Part shown: piece by piece, positions 24,223 through 34,173 of the stretch | Layout: each line of letters opens with the position of its first letter | Numbering within the stretch: position 1 is the stretch's first letter | Source of the DNA: Sphaerochaetaceae bacterium | GTDB taxonomy: Bacteria > Bacillota > Clostridia > Peptostreptococcales > Anaerovoracaceae | Direction of reading: 5' to 3' | DNA length: 41,212 nucleotides | Assembly (NCBI GenBank): GCA_963588675.1 | Contig: CAVAIH010000001.1 | Location: forward strand, 1-41,212 | The notes under the pieces: model-generated | The model's input: the letters and a program-made list of their open reading frames with translations, nothing else | Database searches by the model: none | Told to the model about the DNA's origin: nothing | Position numbers and translations under genes: made by a program

Positions 24223-25548
24223 TTATTCGCCTTCCATCTGAACGCCGGCAACCATTGTTCCCTTCTTCTTATCTTTACGGAGAATGATACAAGCTACTAC
24301 AGCCATCAGAGCAACTCCGATACCGAAGAGGAAAATTGGTGTGTATGCTGCATTGCCCCACTTGTCGAGCCAATGTCCGAACATTGCGTGCTCGAAGATA
24401 TCAGGAATATATCCGATACCTGAGGATACACCTACAGCTGCTGCGTACAGTCTTGCAGGCACCTTACCCTCTGTAGGAAGAGCGAACATTGCGCCGTATG
24501 CTCCACTGTTAAGGAATCCTGCGAGGAGGATGATGAAGATAAGTAGTGGAACAACCTTCAGATAGTTATTAGGAATAATTATGATCAGCAGAAGAATAGT
24601 TGCTGTCAGAGCGTTGGCAATAGCTACTACCTTGGATGGTCCGCCAAGCTTATCGGAAAGAATACCCTGGAGAGGAGCTCCGATAGCCTGCATTCCGTAG
24701 TATCTCATTACTGAGAGGAATGCTCCGAATGTTACTGTCATTCCAAGTACGTCTGTGAAGAATGTCTCTGAGTACGAAAGTGCAATCTGGATACCATATG
24801 TACCGAACATTACTGCTCCGAATACCCATACTGACTTATACTTAACAACTTCCTTGATGTCGGAAACGAGTCCCTTGAGTCCTGTAGGAGTCTCCTCAGA
24901 TGCCTTCTCGACGAAATCCCATCCGTTCTCCTTCTGCTCTTTTCTGCAAGCTCCGATAGTTAACCATGCAAATGCTGCGAATAGGAAGCAGATGATTCCG
25001 AAGAAGAAGAATACAGCTACCATTCCCTTACCATCAGAGATTGTTGAATACTTAGCATATACAGGAACCATTGCTGTGTTAACAACCCAGTATCCGAGTC
25101 CGGATGCTCCGGAATAGAAACCTACCATTCTTCCCTGATATTCGTCCGGTGCAAGCTCTCTCAGTCCCTTGAAGATACTTCCCCAGAAAATGAACAGTGA
25201 TGTGAAGATAAGCAGGAACCATACGATTGCTGTCATCTTGTATGTAGGGTTAGCAATCAGCAGGAAGCACAGGAGACCTGTAGCAACTGTTGATATGCAG
25301 ATACCCTTTCTTGAGTCAACCTTGTCAGCAAGCAGACCACCGATAGGGAGTCCGAACAGTTCTCCGAGACCGTAAATTGTCATCAGGAGTCCAAGCTGAG
25401 CGTTTGTGCACCCTGTCATCTCAATCATTCCATAGTAGAAAGTATACTTGATGTATGGAATTGTGAATACGATTGAGTTGCAGAGACCGATAGAGATAAT
25501 TGCCAAATAAATTTTTGGAGTTAGTTTAAAAGGCTTTTTTTCAATCAT
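24223..25548 (-). CDS. MFS transporter
   Basis: 441 aa with 12 TM segments and the loop GGLLADKVDSRKG (MFS motif A-like). It has an SD AAGGAG. Confidence 0.75.
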   Translation of the reverse strand: MIEKKPFKLTPKIYLAIISIGLCNSIVFTIPYIKYTFYYGMIEMTGCTNAQLGLLMTIYGLGELFGLPIGGLLADKVDSRKGICISTVATGLLCFLLIANPTYKMTAIVWFLLIFTSLFIFWGSIFKGLRELAPDEYQGRMVGFYSGASGLGYWVVNTAMVPVYAKYSTISDGKGMVAVFFFFGIICFLFAAFAWLTIGACRKEQKENGWDFVEKASEETPTGLKGLVSDIKEVVKYKSVWVFGAVMFGTYGIQIALSYSETFFTDVLGMTVTFGAFLSVMRYYGMQAIGAPLQGILSDKLGGPSKVVAIANALTATILLLIIIIPNNYLKVVPLLIFIILLAGFLNSGAYGAMFALPTEGKVPARLYAAAVGVSSGIGYIPDIFEHAMFGHWLDKWGNAAYTPIFLFGIGVALMAVVACIILRKDKKKGTMVAGVQMEGE

Positions 25549-25588
25549 TTCTTTTCTCCTTTTTCTTCATATTTGTAAAACGTTGTGC

Positions 25589-27016
25589 TTATTCAGCTTT
25601 CTCGGACTTCTTAATATCCGAAGTTTTGAGGATTGTTATTCCCGTTATACCAAGGAATATTGATACAAGTGGTGATATCATACTAAAGAAGCAATAAGGT
25701 AAATATTCTATTGTTGGGATTCCCAGCGCCGCTACCATTACAGCTGCGCAGGAACTCCAAGGCACAATTGGTGATGTAACCGTTGCCGCATCCTCCAGTG
25801 CTCTTGACAAGTTCTGTGGAGCGAGTCCTCTATCCTCGAATTCCTTCCTGTACATCTTGCCTGGAATGATAATGCCGAGATACTGGTCACCTGTTACAAT
25901 GTTAGTTCCGAGACATGTCAGAACTACGCAAGTGATAAGACCGCCTGTTGACTTCGCAACTTTGAGCAACTTAGATGCAAGAATATGCAGACAATTAGTT
26001 GCGTCAAGTACAGAACCGAAGCATATAGCACATAGAGTCAATGACATTGACCACATCATTTTCTGAATGCCTCCGCCCGAAAGGAGTGTTGCGAGCATTT
26101 CAGAATCGCTATCGAATACGAATCCGTATTGGAGAGCTGTACCAACAGAGCTAACCGATTCACCCTGGAACAGCATTGCACAGAGGCAGCCGAGAATTAC
26201 TCCGAGGAATAGGCTAGGCACAGCCGGTTTCTTTAATATTCCCATTAAGATAACTACGCATGGTACAAGGAGTAGCAGAGGATTAATAGTAAATCCTGTA
26301 GTTATTCCTTTCTCAATTTCAGTAATTGTTGCAATTGATGAACCGGAACCACTGTACTTGAATCCCATGAATAAAAATATTATTCCTGCGATTCCAAGTG
26401 AAATTCCGCTACTTACAAGCATGTGTCTGATATGATCAAACAATGTAGCTCCGGCTACAGCAGGTGCCAGGTTGGTCGTGTCAGACAATGGTGAAATCTT
26501 ATCGCCGAAGTATGCACCGGATATTGCAGCTCCTGCTGTTACAGGCATTGGGATTCCGAAGCCTGCACCGATTCCCAGGAATACTACACCCATTGTTCCA
26601 ACTGTTGTCCAGCTTGATCCTGTTGCTGTAGATACGATAGCACATATAACCATTGCCAGGAACAAGAAGAACTTAGGGTTGAGGATCTTGAGTCCGTAGT
26701 AAATCAGTGTCGGTACAATGCCTCCCTGAATCCAACAGGCAATCATCATACCGATAATTCCGAATATGAGCAGTGTTACTGCAATCTCCTTGATTCCGTT
26801 GCCGATTGCTTCCATTAGCTCATCCCATTTGAAACCGAGCCTGTATATTGCATACGCGGAAATAACCGTTGTTGAGATAATCAGCGGTACATGCGCATCT
26901 CCTTTAAGGAAGATTACATTGTACATGAGGAGCGCCAGCGAGAAAACTACCAACAGCAGTGACTCTATGGCTGACGGCATCCTCTTTTCTTTTTTTTGTT
27001 TTGTTACAGTTTCCAT
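25589..27016 (-). CDS. NhaC-family antiporter/transporter
   Basis: 475 aa. ..GIIGMMIACWIQGGIVPTLIYYGLKILNPKFF..STATGSSWTTVGTMG.. is typical of the NhaC family. It has an SD GGAGGTG. Confidence 0.75.
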   Translation of the reverse strand: METVTKQKKEKRMPSAIESLLLVVFSLALLMYNVIFLKGDAHVPLIISTTVISAYAIYRLGFKWDELMEAIGNGIKEIAVTLLIFGIIGMMIACWIQGGIVPTLIYYGLKILNPKFFLFLAMVICAIVSTATGSSWTTVGTMGVVFLGIGAGFGIPMPVTAGAAISGAYFGDKISPLSDTTNLAPAVAGATLFDHIRHMLVSSGISLGIAGIIFLFMGFKYSGSGSSIATITEIEKGITTGFTINPLLLLVPCVVILMGILKKPAVPSLFLGVILGCLCAMLFQGESVSSVGTALQYGFVFDSDSEMLATLLSGGGIQKMMWSMSLTLCAICFGSVLDATNCLHILASKLLKVAKSTGGLITCVVLTCLGTNIVTGDQYLGIIIPGKMYRKEFEDRGLAPQNLSRALEDAATVTSPIVPWSSCAAVMVAALGIPTIEYLPYCFFSMISPLVSIFLGITGITILKTSDIKKSEKAE

Positions 27017-27041
27017 TCACACACCTCCATCCGTTATGGAG

Positions 27042-29153
27042 TTATTTGCGAAGAATTACAAGAGCATCTGCTGCTGCTACGCCTTCGCCTTCAGGATATA
27101 CGAACACTGGGTTGATATCCATCTCCGCAAGATCGTTCTTGTGAGCTACTGCAAAATCACCTACGCCTACAAGAAGGTCTGCGAGTGCCTCGACATCGAG
27201 CTTAGGGTTGCCACGGTATCCGGTCATCAGCTTGTATGCCTTAAGTGACTTAATCATCTTGAGGGCATCACTCTTCTTAATTGGTGCAGGGAAGAGAGAT
27301 ACATCCTTGAATACTTCTGTGAATACTCCACCCATTCCACAGAGAACCATAGGTCCGAACGATGGGTCGTTAGTAACACCGACAATTACTTCAGTTCCTG
27401 CAGGGAGCATCTTCTGCATAAGTATTCCGTTGATCTTAGCGTCAGGACACTTAGCTGTGCAGCTCTCCATAATAGCCTTATATGCTGTAAGAACTTCTTC
27501 CTTTGACTTGATGTTCAGCTTAACTCCGCCTACATCTGATTTATGCAGAATATCTCCGGACTCTACCTTCATTACGATAGGAAATCCGATCTCATCTGCA
27601 AATTTAACTGCTTCGTCCTCGCTCGTTGCGATGAACTCTGCAGGTACAGGTACTCCGTACTGCTTAAGCAATTCCTTAGAAGCGTGCTCAGAAAGAGCTA
27701 CCTTCTCACCTGTAAGAGGTGCATCAGGAACAGCATCCTCGAGAGACTCTACGTCTGTTTCGTTCAGCCAATTAACGTACTTGCCCAGCTTAGCGATGTG
27801 CTTGTATCCGTAATAGCAAGGAGCTGTTACAGGGATGCCTGCAGCCTTAAGAGGCTCTACGTATTCAGGCATTCTTCCTGACTCAACAGCCGGAACAACG
27901 AAGATTGGCTTAGTAACTCTGCCCTCTTCTCTCAGCTTGATAATTCCCTCTGACATGTGCTTAACGCAGAGGTCTGTGAGTTCAGTTACGATTGTTATAC
28001 CTACTACAGCCATGTCGAAGTTGTCATCGTTAATAATTACTTCTGCCGCATTAGCAAACTCGTCTGTGTCGTAGCAGATATCTGCTGTTGTATCGAGTGG
28101 GTTGCTTACTGTGGCGAACTCGTCGAGTACTGCCTTAACTGCTGCCTTACCCTTCTCTGTAAAGTCAGGGTAATTGATGTTGTAAATAGATCCAACATCG
28201 CAAGCTACACCGTTCTCTCCGCCGGAACCGTTAAGGGAAACGACTCTGTCACCCTTTGGCAACTCAGGGATTGTGGCGAACATGTTAGCCAAGCTTGCGA
28301 GATCCTCAAGGTCGTCAACACGGATTACACCGTACTTGTCAAATATAGCATTGAATGATGCATCTGATCCTGACAGTGATCCTGTGTGTGATGATGCAGC
28401 CTTGCTTCCCTTCTCGGACCTACCGATCTTGAGAAGAATAACCGGCTTTTTCTTGAGTGCAGCCTTCTTAAGAGTCTCGAGGAACTTCTTAGGGTTAGTA
28501 ACACCCTCAATATAGGATACGATTACCTTAGTATCCTCATCATCGATAAGGAAGTCAATGTAATCTACTACTTCTACGATTTTGCTGTTTCCACATGAGA
28601 TTACATATGAGAAATCAGCCTTACCGCTGTCGAGAAGGAGTGTGCAGATCATGCCACTCTGTGATACGAGTCCAACCTTACCTGCCTTCTCAGGAACTGT
28701 TGTCATGAAGCCCATTGCAGGAATGCTGTCTACAACATTGATGTATCCTGCACAGTTAGGTCCCATAAGAGCCATATCCAGTTCCTTGCACAGAGCCTTA
28801 AGCTCTGCCTCTGCCTGCTTATCTTCAGGCTTGCCTGTCTCGCCATAGCCGGCTGCAAATACTACTGCACCGCCTGCTCCCTTTTCTGCTGCCTGACGGA
28901 TAATGTCAGGAACAGTCTTCTTGTTAGAAGCTACGATTACCATGTCGATATCTTCAGGTAAATCGAGCAGGCTGTGATAACATTTGTGGCCGAATACTTC
29001 GTCTCTCTTAGGATTAACGAGATAGATATCCTTCTCAAGTCTGTCAGCTGCATGCATCTCCATCAGCTTAACAGCGAAACCACCGTATGTTTCTTTCTCT
29101 GTTGCGCCAACTATGGCAAATTTCTTTGGCTTTAATAACTTGTTAAGATTCAA
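27042..29153 (-). CDS. ADP-forming acyl-CoA synthetase (acetate--CoA ligase family, fused alpha/beta)
   Basis: 703 aa. It has an N-terminal CoA-binding domain (FAIVGATEK..), a succinyl-CoA-ligase-like middle part (GPNCAGYIN, SQSGM) and a C-terminal ATP-grasp domain (FPIVMKVESGDILHKSDVGGVKL). It uses a TTG start 7 nt after AAGGAG. Confidence 0.8.
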   Translation of the reverse strand: MNLNKLLKPKKFAIVGATEKETYGGFAVKLMEMHAADRLEKDIYLVNPKRDEVFGHKCYHSLLDLPEDIDMVIVASNKKTVPDIIRQAAEKGAGGAVVFAAGYGETGKPEDKQAEAELKALCKELDMALMGPNCAGYINVVDSIPAMGFMTTVPEKAGKVGLVSQSGMICTLLLDSGKADFSYVISCGNSKIVEVVDYIDFLIDDEDTKVIVSYIEGVTNPKKFLETLKKAALKKKPVILLKIGRSEKGSKAASSHTGSLSGSDASFNAIFDKYGVIRVDDLEDLASLANMFATIPELPKGDRVVSLNGSGGENGVACDVGSIYNINYPDFTEKGKAAVKAVLDEFATVSNPLDTTADICYDTDEFANAAEVIINDDNFDMAVVGITIVTELTDLCVKHMSEGIIKLREEGRVTKPIFVVPAVESGRMPEYVEPLKAAGIPVTAPCYYGYKHIAKLGKYVNWLNETDVESLEDAVPDAPLTGEKVALSEHASKELLKQYGVPVPAEFIATSEDEAVKFADEIGFPIVMKVESGDILHKSDVGGVKLNIKSKEEVLTAYKAIMESCTAKCPDAKINGILMQKMLPAGTEVIVGVTNDPSFGPMVLCGMGGVFTEVFKDVSLFPAPIKKSDALKMIKSLKAYKLMTGYRGNPKLDVEALADLLVGVGDFAVAHKNDLAEMDINPVFVYPEGEGVAAADALVILRK

Positions 29154-29173
29154 AGCGATTCTCCTTTCCTGCT

Positions 29174-29716
29174 CTATTGCTCGATTTCAAATCCGGCTCT
29201 GAACGCCTCAACATTCTTCGCGTTGAACTTGCCCTTGCCTGAATTCTCGAAGTACTCACACATTGAATCTTCGAATTCCTTCTCTTCGAACATACCAGTC
29301 TTCTTGCATAAATATCCGAGCATACAGATATTTGCTGCCTTCTCGTTGTTGAGAGAAATTGCCAGATCTGTTACAGGTGCCTTGAACACCTCGATGTCTG
29401 TTCTGTCAATCTTCTTCTCATCTACGAGCGAAGAATTTATGAATAGGGTTCCTCCGGGTTTCATTGTTGACTGGAACTTCAGAAGTGAAAGCTCATTCAT
29501 TGCAATCAAAATGTTTGGGTGGTCTGCATAAGGGCTCGCTATTCTCTCGTCGGAGATAATCACATTACAGTTAGCTGAGCCCCCACGCATCTCACTACCA
29601 TATGAAGGAAACCAAGTAACCTTTTTGCCTTGCTTATATGCTGCGTAGAGCATTAGCTTGCCGGCTGTCAGAACGCCCTGACCACCGAATCCGGCACATA
29701 TAATTTCTTTTAACAT
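29174..29716 (-). CDS. 2-oxoacid:ferredoxin oxidoreductase, gamma subunit
   Basis: ICAGFGGQGVLTAGKLM..SYGSEMRGGSANC. It is 180 aa. Confidence 0.85.
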   Translation of the reverse strand: MLKEIICAGFGGQGVLTAGKLMLYAAYKQGKKVTWFPSYGSEMRGGSANCNVIISDERIASPYADHPNILIAMNELSLLKFQSTMKPGGTLFINSSLVDEKKIDRTDIEVFKAPVTDLAISLNNEKAANICMLGYLCKKTGMFEEKEFEDSMCEYFENSGKGKFNAKNVEAFRAGFEIEQ

Positions 29717-29730
29717 ATCATTAACCCTCC

Positions 29731-30465
29731 TTACTTATCGATGAATTCGCCCATCTCATAGCGAGGAACGAGTTCCTTGGTAATTCTTTCCATTGCTTCT
29801 GCAGGCTTGTAGCCCCAGTTAGTTGGGCAAGGAAGTAGAACTTCGATCAGCGAGAAGCCCTTGCCGTCGCGCTGCTTCTCAAGAGCCTTGCGAACAGCTT
29901 TCTTAGTCTTGTTGACCTCAGCAGGGTTAGTAATTGTTGTTCTTGCGAGGTATGCGATGTCAAGATTTCTCATTACGTTAACGACGTCGAAGTCAAGACC
30001 GTGCTCCTCGAAGGAACGACCCCTTGGCGAAGATGCTGTCCACTGACCCATCTGAGTAGTAGGAGCCAGCTGTCCACCTGTCATTCCGTAACATGTGTTG
30101 TTCATTACGAAGAATGTTACATTCTCATTACGTGTAGCACATGTCATTGTCTCACCAAGTCCGATAGCGTATGCACCGCCGTCTCCTGCGATTGTCATGC
30201 AGTACTTGTCAGGTCTTACTCTCTTCATTGCTGTGAGAGCAGCACCCATCTTACCATGTGGTGGTACGATTGCGTCTACTGCCATGCAATACTGGAACTG
30301 GTGGTTACAACCGATATCTGAACAAATAATGGAATCTCCGATAATATCCATCTCTGTAAGAACCTCTCCGAGAATACGGTCAAAGATTGAATGTCCGCAT
30401 CCTGCGCAGAATGGGTTCTCGCACTTCATAACAGCAGGTGCCTTTTTTGCAGTCTGTCTTGCCAT
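29731..30465 (-). CDS. 2-oxoacid:ferredoxin oxidoreductase, beta (TPP-binding) subunit
   Basis: FCAGCGH, GDGG.YAIG and NN.CYGMTGGQ motifs are present. The ATG at 30465 follows GAGGAGGTG and lies 1 nt after the alpha-subunit stop. The ORF-track start at 30486 overlaps the alpha subunit. Confidence 0.85.
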   Translation of the reverse strand: MARQTAKKAPAVMKCENPFCAGCGHSIFDRILGEVLTEMDIIGDSIICSDIGCNHQFQYCMAVDAIVPPHGKMGAALTAMKRVRPDKYCMTIAGDGGAYAIGLGETMTCATRNENVTFFVMNNTCYGMTGGQLAPTTQMGQWTASSPRGRSFEEHGLDFDVVNVMRNLDIAYLARTTITNPAEVNKTKKAVRKALEKQRDGKGFSLIEVLLPCPTNWGYKPAEAMERITKELVPRYEMGEFIDK

Positions 30466-30466
30466 A

Positions 30467-31549
30467 TTAGTACACCTCCTCTTCATTTACCTTACCGGCA
30501 AGTATATCTTCAGCGAACTCAACACACTGGTCAACGCCAGGTACCTTGTAAGCTGTTGTCAGAGCGTATACAGGATACTGACACTTGCTGTACAGCATTA
30601 CATCCTCACGCAGCTGACCCATCATGTTCATCTCTACCGTTACGAGTGCCTTGCAGTCCTTCGACAACTCTGCGAAAGCCTTTCTTGGGAATGGCCACAG
30701 TGTGATCAGTCTGATCATACCGAGCTTAACGCCCTTAGCTCTTGCTTCTCTTACAGCTCCCTCAGCTACTCTTGAAGAAATTCCGTACGCGATGAAAACT
30801 ACTTCTGCGTCCTCTACCTGTACGGACTCCCAACGCTGCTCGTTCTCGATAATGTCGCGGCACTTCTGGAGGTACTTAGCGTTCCAGCCGTCGATATCCT
30901 CGTTGTAAGTCTTATCTGTAACTACCTTGTTAGGAACATCACCGATAGGTGTTCCCTTAACGGCCCAATCATACTGGTCGATATCGTATTCCTTGTAGTC
31001 TCTTACTTCGCAAGGCTCGATCATCTGTCCGATTGTGGCGTCTGACAAAATCAGTACAGGGTGGAGATACTTCTCGGCTAGTTCGAATGATTCGTAAGCC
31101 ATGTCCATGTTCTCCTGTACGCTGTTAGGTGCGAGTGTAATCAAATGATAGTCACCATTTCCGCCGCCCTTAACTGCCTGCCAGTAGTTGTCCTGTCCTG
31201 CTCCGATGAAGCCGTCGCCGATTCCGTATCTCTGTACGCAAGCAACTACTCCCGGAATTTCAGCACTTACCCAGTAAGCGATACCTTCCTGCTTAAGGGA
31301 GAATCCTGGGCCGGAGGATGATGTCATTGCACGAGCGCCGAGTGCTCTTGCTGCGAAAACCATGTTTACGCTGGCAATCTCGGACTCGCCCTGTACGAAT
31401 ACTCCGCCTACTTCTTTCTGTCTTTTGCTCATCCACTCGAGAATCTCGCTCTGTGGAGTGATAGGGTATCCTGCATAGAAGCGGCAACCGCCTCTAATAG
31501 CTCCCTCTGCGAGAGCCTCATTTCCTTTAATTAATACAGTTTCTGCCAT
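30467..31549 (-). CDS. 2-oxoacid:ferredoxin oxidoreductase, alpha subunit
   Basis: MAETVLIKGNEALAEGAIRGGCRFYAGYPITPQSEI.. It is 360 aa. Confidence 0.85.
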   Translation of the reverse strand: MAETVLIKGNEALAEGAIRGGCRFYAGYPITPQSEILEWMSKRQKEVGGVFVQGESEIASVNMVFAARALGARAMTSSSGPGFSLKQEGIAYWVSAEIPGVVACVQRYGIGDGFIGAGQDNYWQAVKGGGNGDYHLITLAPNSVQENMDMAYESFELAEKYLHPVLILSDATIGQMIEPCEVRDYKEYDIDQYDWAVKGTPIGDVPNKVVTDKTYNEDIDGWNAKYLQKCRDIIENEQRWESVQVEDAEVVFIAYGISSRVAEGAVREARAKGVKLGMIRLITLWPFPRKAFAELSKDCKALVTVEMNMMGQLREDVMLYSKCQYPVYALTTAYKVPGVDQCVEFAEDILAGKVNEEEVY

Positions 31550-31562
31550 TATGCTCTACCTC

Positions 31563-31760
31563 CTACAGTATCTCGAATACCAGGTCCGGACACATTGTGT
31601 AACAGCTTCCGCACTGTACGCACTTGTCCTGGTCAACCTGAATTGTTACCACGCCCTTGCCGTTAGTATAGTCGGAAAGGGAAATAGCACCAATCTTGCA
31701 ATTAGCAATGCAAAGATAGCAGCCTTTGCAGCGTTCTACATCTAGTTTAATTTTTTCCAT
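31563..31760 (-). CDS. 2-oxoacid:ferredoxin oxidoreductase, delta subunit (2x[4Fe-4S] ferredoxin)
   Basis: It has two Cys clusters, CKGCYLCIANC and CVQCGSCYTMCP. It is 65 aa. Confidence 0.85.
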   Translation of the reverse strand: MEKIKLDVERCKGCYLCIANCKIGAISLSDYTNGKGVVTIQVDQDKCVQCGSCYTMCPDLVFEIL

Positions 31761-31849
31761 TTCTTTACTCCTATTGGATTAATTGTGATTGGCGGACCCG
31801 TTGTGGATAAAGCGGATTAACAACGAATCCGCCGACATAAGCGGCTGAA

Positions 31850-33070
31850 TTATTTGCCCTGCTTAGCAAGTTCAGCCTTAAATACTCCTGCAAGACGTCT
31901 TATACCTTCCTGGAGGTTAGGAATGTCATTAGCTGTGAAGTTCAATCTCATTGTGTTCTTGCCGCTTCCGTCAGCGTTGAATGAAGCGCCAGGGATATAT
32001 GAAACTTCTGCATCAAGAGCGTCCTTGAGCATCTTGCCTGTATCGAAATTCTCAGGGCATGTTACGTAGAGGAACATACCGCCGTCAGGAACTGTGAAGC
32101 TTACGCCTACAGGGAACTCTTCCTTCATAATCTGAATAAGAGCATCACATCTCTTCTTGTAGTTTGCGCAAATTTCCTGAACGTGTGCATCAAGATCATA
32201 TGCCTTCATGTACTCACGAACATGAACCTGTGTGAACTGGTTGCACTGAAGGTCAAGACCTTCCTTAATCTCTTCGATTCTGTCGATGAGGTTAGTGTCT
32301 TCTGAAATTACATAAGCAATTCTGAGTCCAGGTGCAAGAATCTTGGAGAATGATCCGAGATAAATAACCTGTCCTGTCTTGTCAAGAGCCTTCAGGCAAG
32401 GAATGTGCTCACCGCGGAATCTGATCTCGCCGTAAGGGTTGTCCTCAAGAATAGCAATATGTCTGTACTCAGGCTGTGCCATGAACTCGAGGAATTCCTT
32501 TCTCCTCTCCAAAGGCCATGCCTTACCTGTTGGGTTCTGGAAGTTAGGTATTACGTATACAATCTTAGTGTCAGGGTTAGCCTTGAGCTGTTCCTCGAGT
32601 GCTGAAATCTTAATTCCGTACTCGTCTGTCTCAACACCTACGATATTAGGCTCATATGGCAGGAATGCATTGAGTCCGTCAAGATAGCTTGGCTTCTCAA
32701 TAAGAATCGTTTCATGGTTGTTGAGAAGAGCTGTTGCGCACATTGAAATGCCCTGCTGGCATCCTGTGCAGATGATGATGTTGCTGATATCGATATCAAC
32801 GCCCTCGTTCTTCTTCATACGAGCGCAAATGAGTTCGATAAGCTCTGTGTCACCACGTGTAAGTCCGTACTGAAGTGCTTCCTTATAGAGCTCCTTATCA
32901 TTGAAAATTGTCTCTGCAGCAGCCTGCAGTTCCTTCATTGGGAACAAATCTCCGTCAGGAAGACCGCCCGATAGCTTAATCAGGTTAGGATTGTTTCTGG
33001 CTGCAATCTCTGTTGCAACGTCTCTGATAACAGATCCTCTTACGGTATTCATTCTGTCTGCTAAAATCAT
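31850..33070 (-). CDS. PLP-dependent aminotransferase, class I/II (ARO8/LysN-like)
   Basis: ..NPTG.., ..GSFSKILAPGLRIAY.. (PLP lysine) and ..MRLNF.. are present. The ATG at 33070 follows GAAGGAGG, whereas the ORF-track ATG at 33097 has no SD. Confidence 0.8.
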   Translation of the reverse strand: MILADRMNTVRGSVIRDVATEIAARNNPNLIKLSGGLPDGDLFPMKELQAAAETIFNDKELYKEALQYGLTRGDTELIELICARMKKNEGVDIDISNIIICTGCQQGISMCATALLNNHETILIEKPSYLDGLNAFLPYEPNIVGVETDEYGIKISALEEQLKANPDTKIVYVIPNFQNPTGKAWPLERRKEFLEFMAQPEYRHIAILEDNPYGEIRFRGEHIPCLKALDKTGQVIYLGSFSKILAPGLRIAYVISEDTNLIDRIEEIKEGLDLQCNQFTQVHVREYMKAYDLDAHVQEICANYKKRCDALIQIMKEEFPVGVSFTVPDGGMFLYVTCPENFDTGKMLKDALDAEVSYIPGASFNADGSGKNTMRLNFTANDIPNLQEGIRRLAGVFKAELAKQGK

Positions 33071-33110
33071 TACTACATTTCCTCCTTCGTAATACATTGT
33101 ATTCTATTGT

Positions 33111-33127
33111 GCGGAACTCAATTCCGC
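33111..33127. promoter_or_regulatory. Palindrome GCGGAAcTcAATTCCGC, a candidate IclR operator in the operon 5' UTR
   Basis: Perfect 6-bp arms GCGGAA/TTCCGC separated by 5 nt. It lies about 60 nt downstream of the operon -10 box. Related half-sites occur at 33144-33156 and 34273-34286. Confidence 0.45.
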
Positions 33128-33143
33128 TAAAACGTTATTGTTT

Positions 33144-33172
33144 AATTCAATTCCGCTGTGCAGAATTGAATT
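33144..33172. promoter_or_regulatory. Second dyad aattcaattc-N9-gaattgaatt, which contains an AATTCCGC half-site
   Basis: Perfect 10-bp inverted repeat with arms at 33144-33153 and 33163-33172. It lies immediately downstream of the operon promoter. Confidence 0.4.
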
Positions 33173-33188
33173 CTAACTTTACGAACTT

Positions 33189-33217
33189 ATATTATACAAA
33201 TACCCTGCTTTTGTCAA
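33189..33217 (-). promoter_or_regulatory. Promoter of the aminotransferase-OFOR-ACD-transporter operon
   Basis: On the minus strand, TTGACA (33217-33212) is followed either by TATAAT (33196-33191, 15-nt spacer) or by TAATAT (33194-33189, 17-nt spacer). Confidence 0.6.
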
Positions 33218-33251
33218 CGATTACCCGACTTATAAATGGATATAACGAAAT

Positions 33252-33286
33252 AAAAAAACAAGAGTTGTCCCTGTTGACAGCTCTTG
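33252..33286 (-). terminator. Terminator of iclR
   Basis: An 11-bp stem (33259-33269 pairing with 33276-33286). On the minus strand it is followed by a T7 run. Confidence 0.8.
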
Positions 33287-33372
33287 CTCTGAATAATTGC
33301 TTCAACCTTTGCAAACAAACCGAATCAGCCTCTCGGCTTCTGTAATAATCTTTGCAAAGCATATATAATGTT

Positions 33373-34173
33373 CTAAATTAATTGTTTGGATATTTCATCA
33401 CAAGCTTCACGAAGAGTCTTATATATATTCTCAACACCAAGCTCCGCAACGTGGCCCTTATATCCGCTTACGCTTATAGCAAGAACGGCTTGACCCTTTC
33501 TGTTTAGTATAGGACATGCTACGCAATATAAGCCCAGCTCGTTCTCTTCGTCATCTATCGCATATCCCTGTTTCCTGATTTTCTCAATCTCACGTATAAA
33601 CGCTTCGTTATCTGTAATCGAATTCGGCGAAGAACCCTTGATTTCGATAGAACGCATTTTGACAGGATCGTAGTCTTCTGAATGCGCCAGCAGAGCCTTG
33701 CCTATTCCCGAATAAAAGCACTCGTATGTCTGGCCGACCGATTCCGTGACACTCAGGTTTCGGCTGCCTCCCCTTTCCTGCCATATTGTTAACGCATAAT
33801 AACTGTCGGTGCGCGACATATCCCGAACACCGACATTAACCGTCTCCTTGTATTGTCTTGCTATCTTCTGAGCATAAGGCTTTACCATATTAATAAGTGC
33901 GGATCTCGTCTCTACACGCTTTCCCAGCATAAACAATTTATAACTTAGATCATACTTGGAAGTCTCCGTGTTCTGATACACATACCCTCTATCTTTGAGC
34001 GTATTGAGAACCCTGTGTATCGTACTTTGGTGTTCACCCATAACAGCTGCCATTTCGTTAACACCCATAGGTCTGTCTTCTCTGTACAGCAATTCCATAA
34101 CATCAATTGCTCTGTCGACAGCGATTATATTTGTACTCCTTCTTTCCTTCGAATCCTTTGTCTCTCTTGCCAT
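33373..34173 (-). CDS. IclR-family transcriptional regulator
   Basis: The N-terminal wHTH is ..MELLYREDRPMGVNEMAAVMGEHQSTIHRVLNTLKDRGYV.. and a C-terminal IclR effector domain follows. The ATG at 34173 follows GGAGGAAGAT. Confidence 0.85.
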   Translation of the reverse strand: MARETKDSKERRSTNIIAVDRAIDVMELLYREDRPMGVNEMAAVMGEHQSTIHRVLNTLKDRGYVYQNTETSKYDLSYKLFMLGKRVETRSALINMVKPYAQKIARQYKETVNVGVRDMSRTDSYYALTIWQERGGSRNLSVTESVGQTYECFYSGIGKALLAHSEDYDPVKMRSIEIKGSSPNSITDNEAFIREIEKIRKQGYAIDDEENELGLYCVACPILNRKGQAVLAISVSGYKGHVAELGVENIYKTLREACDEISKQLI

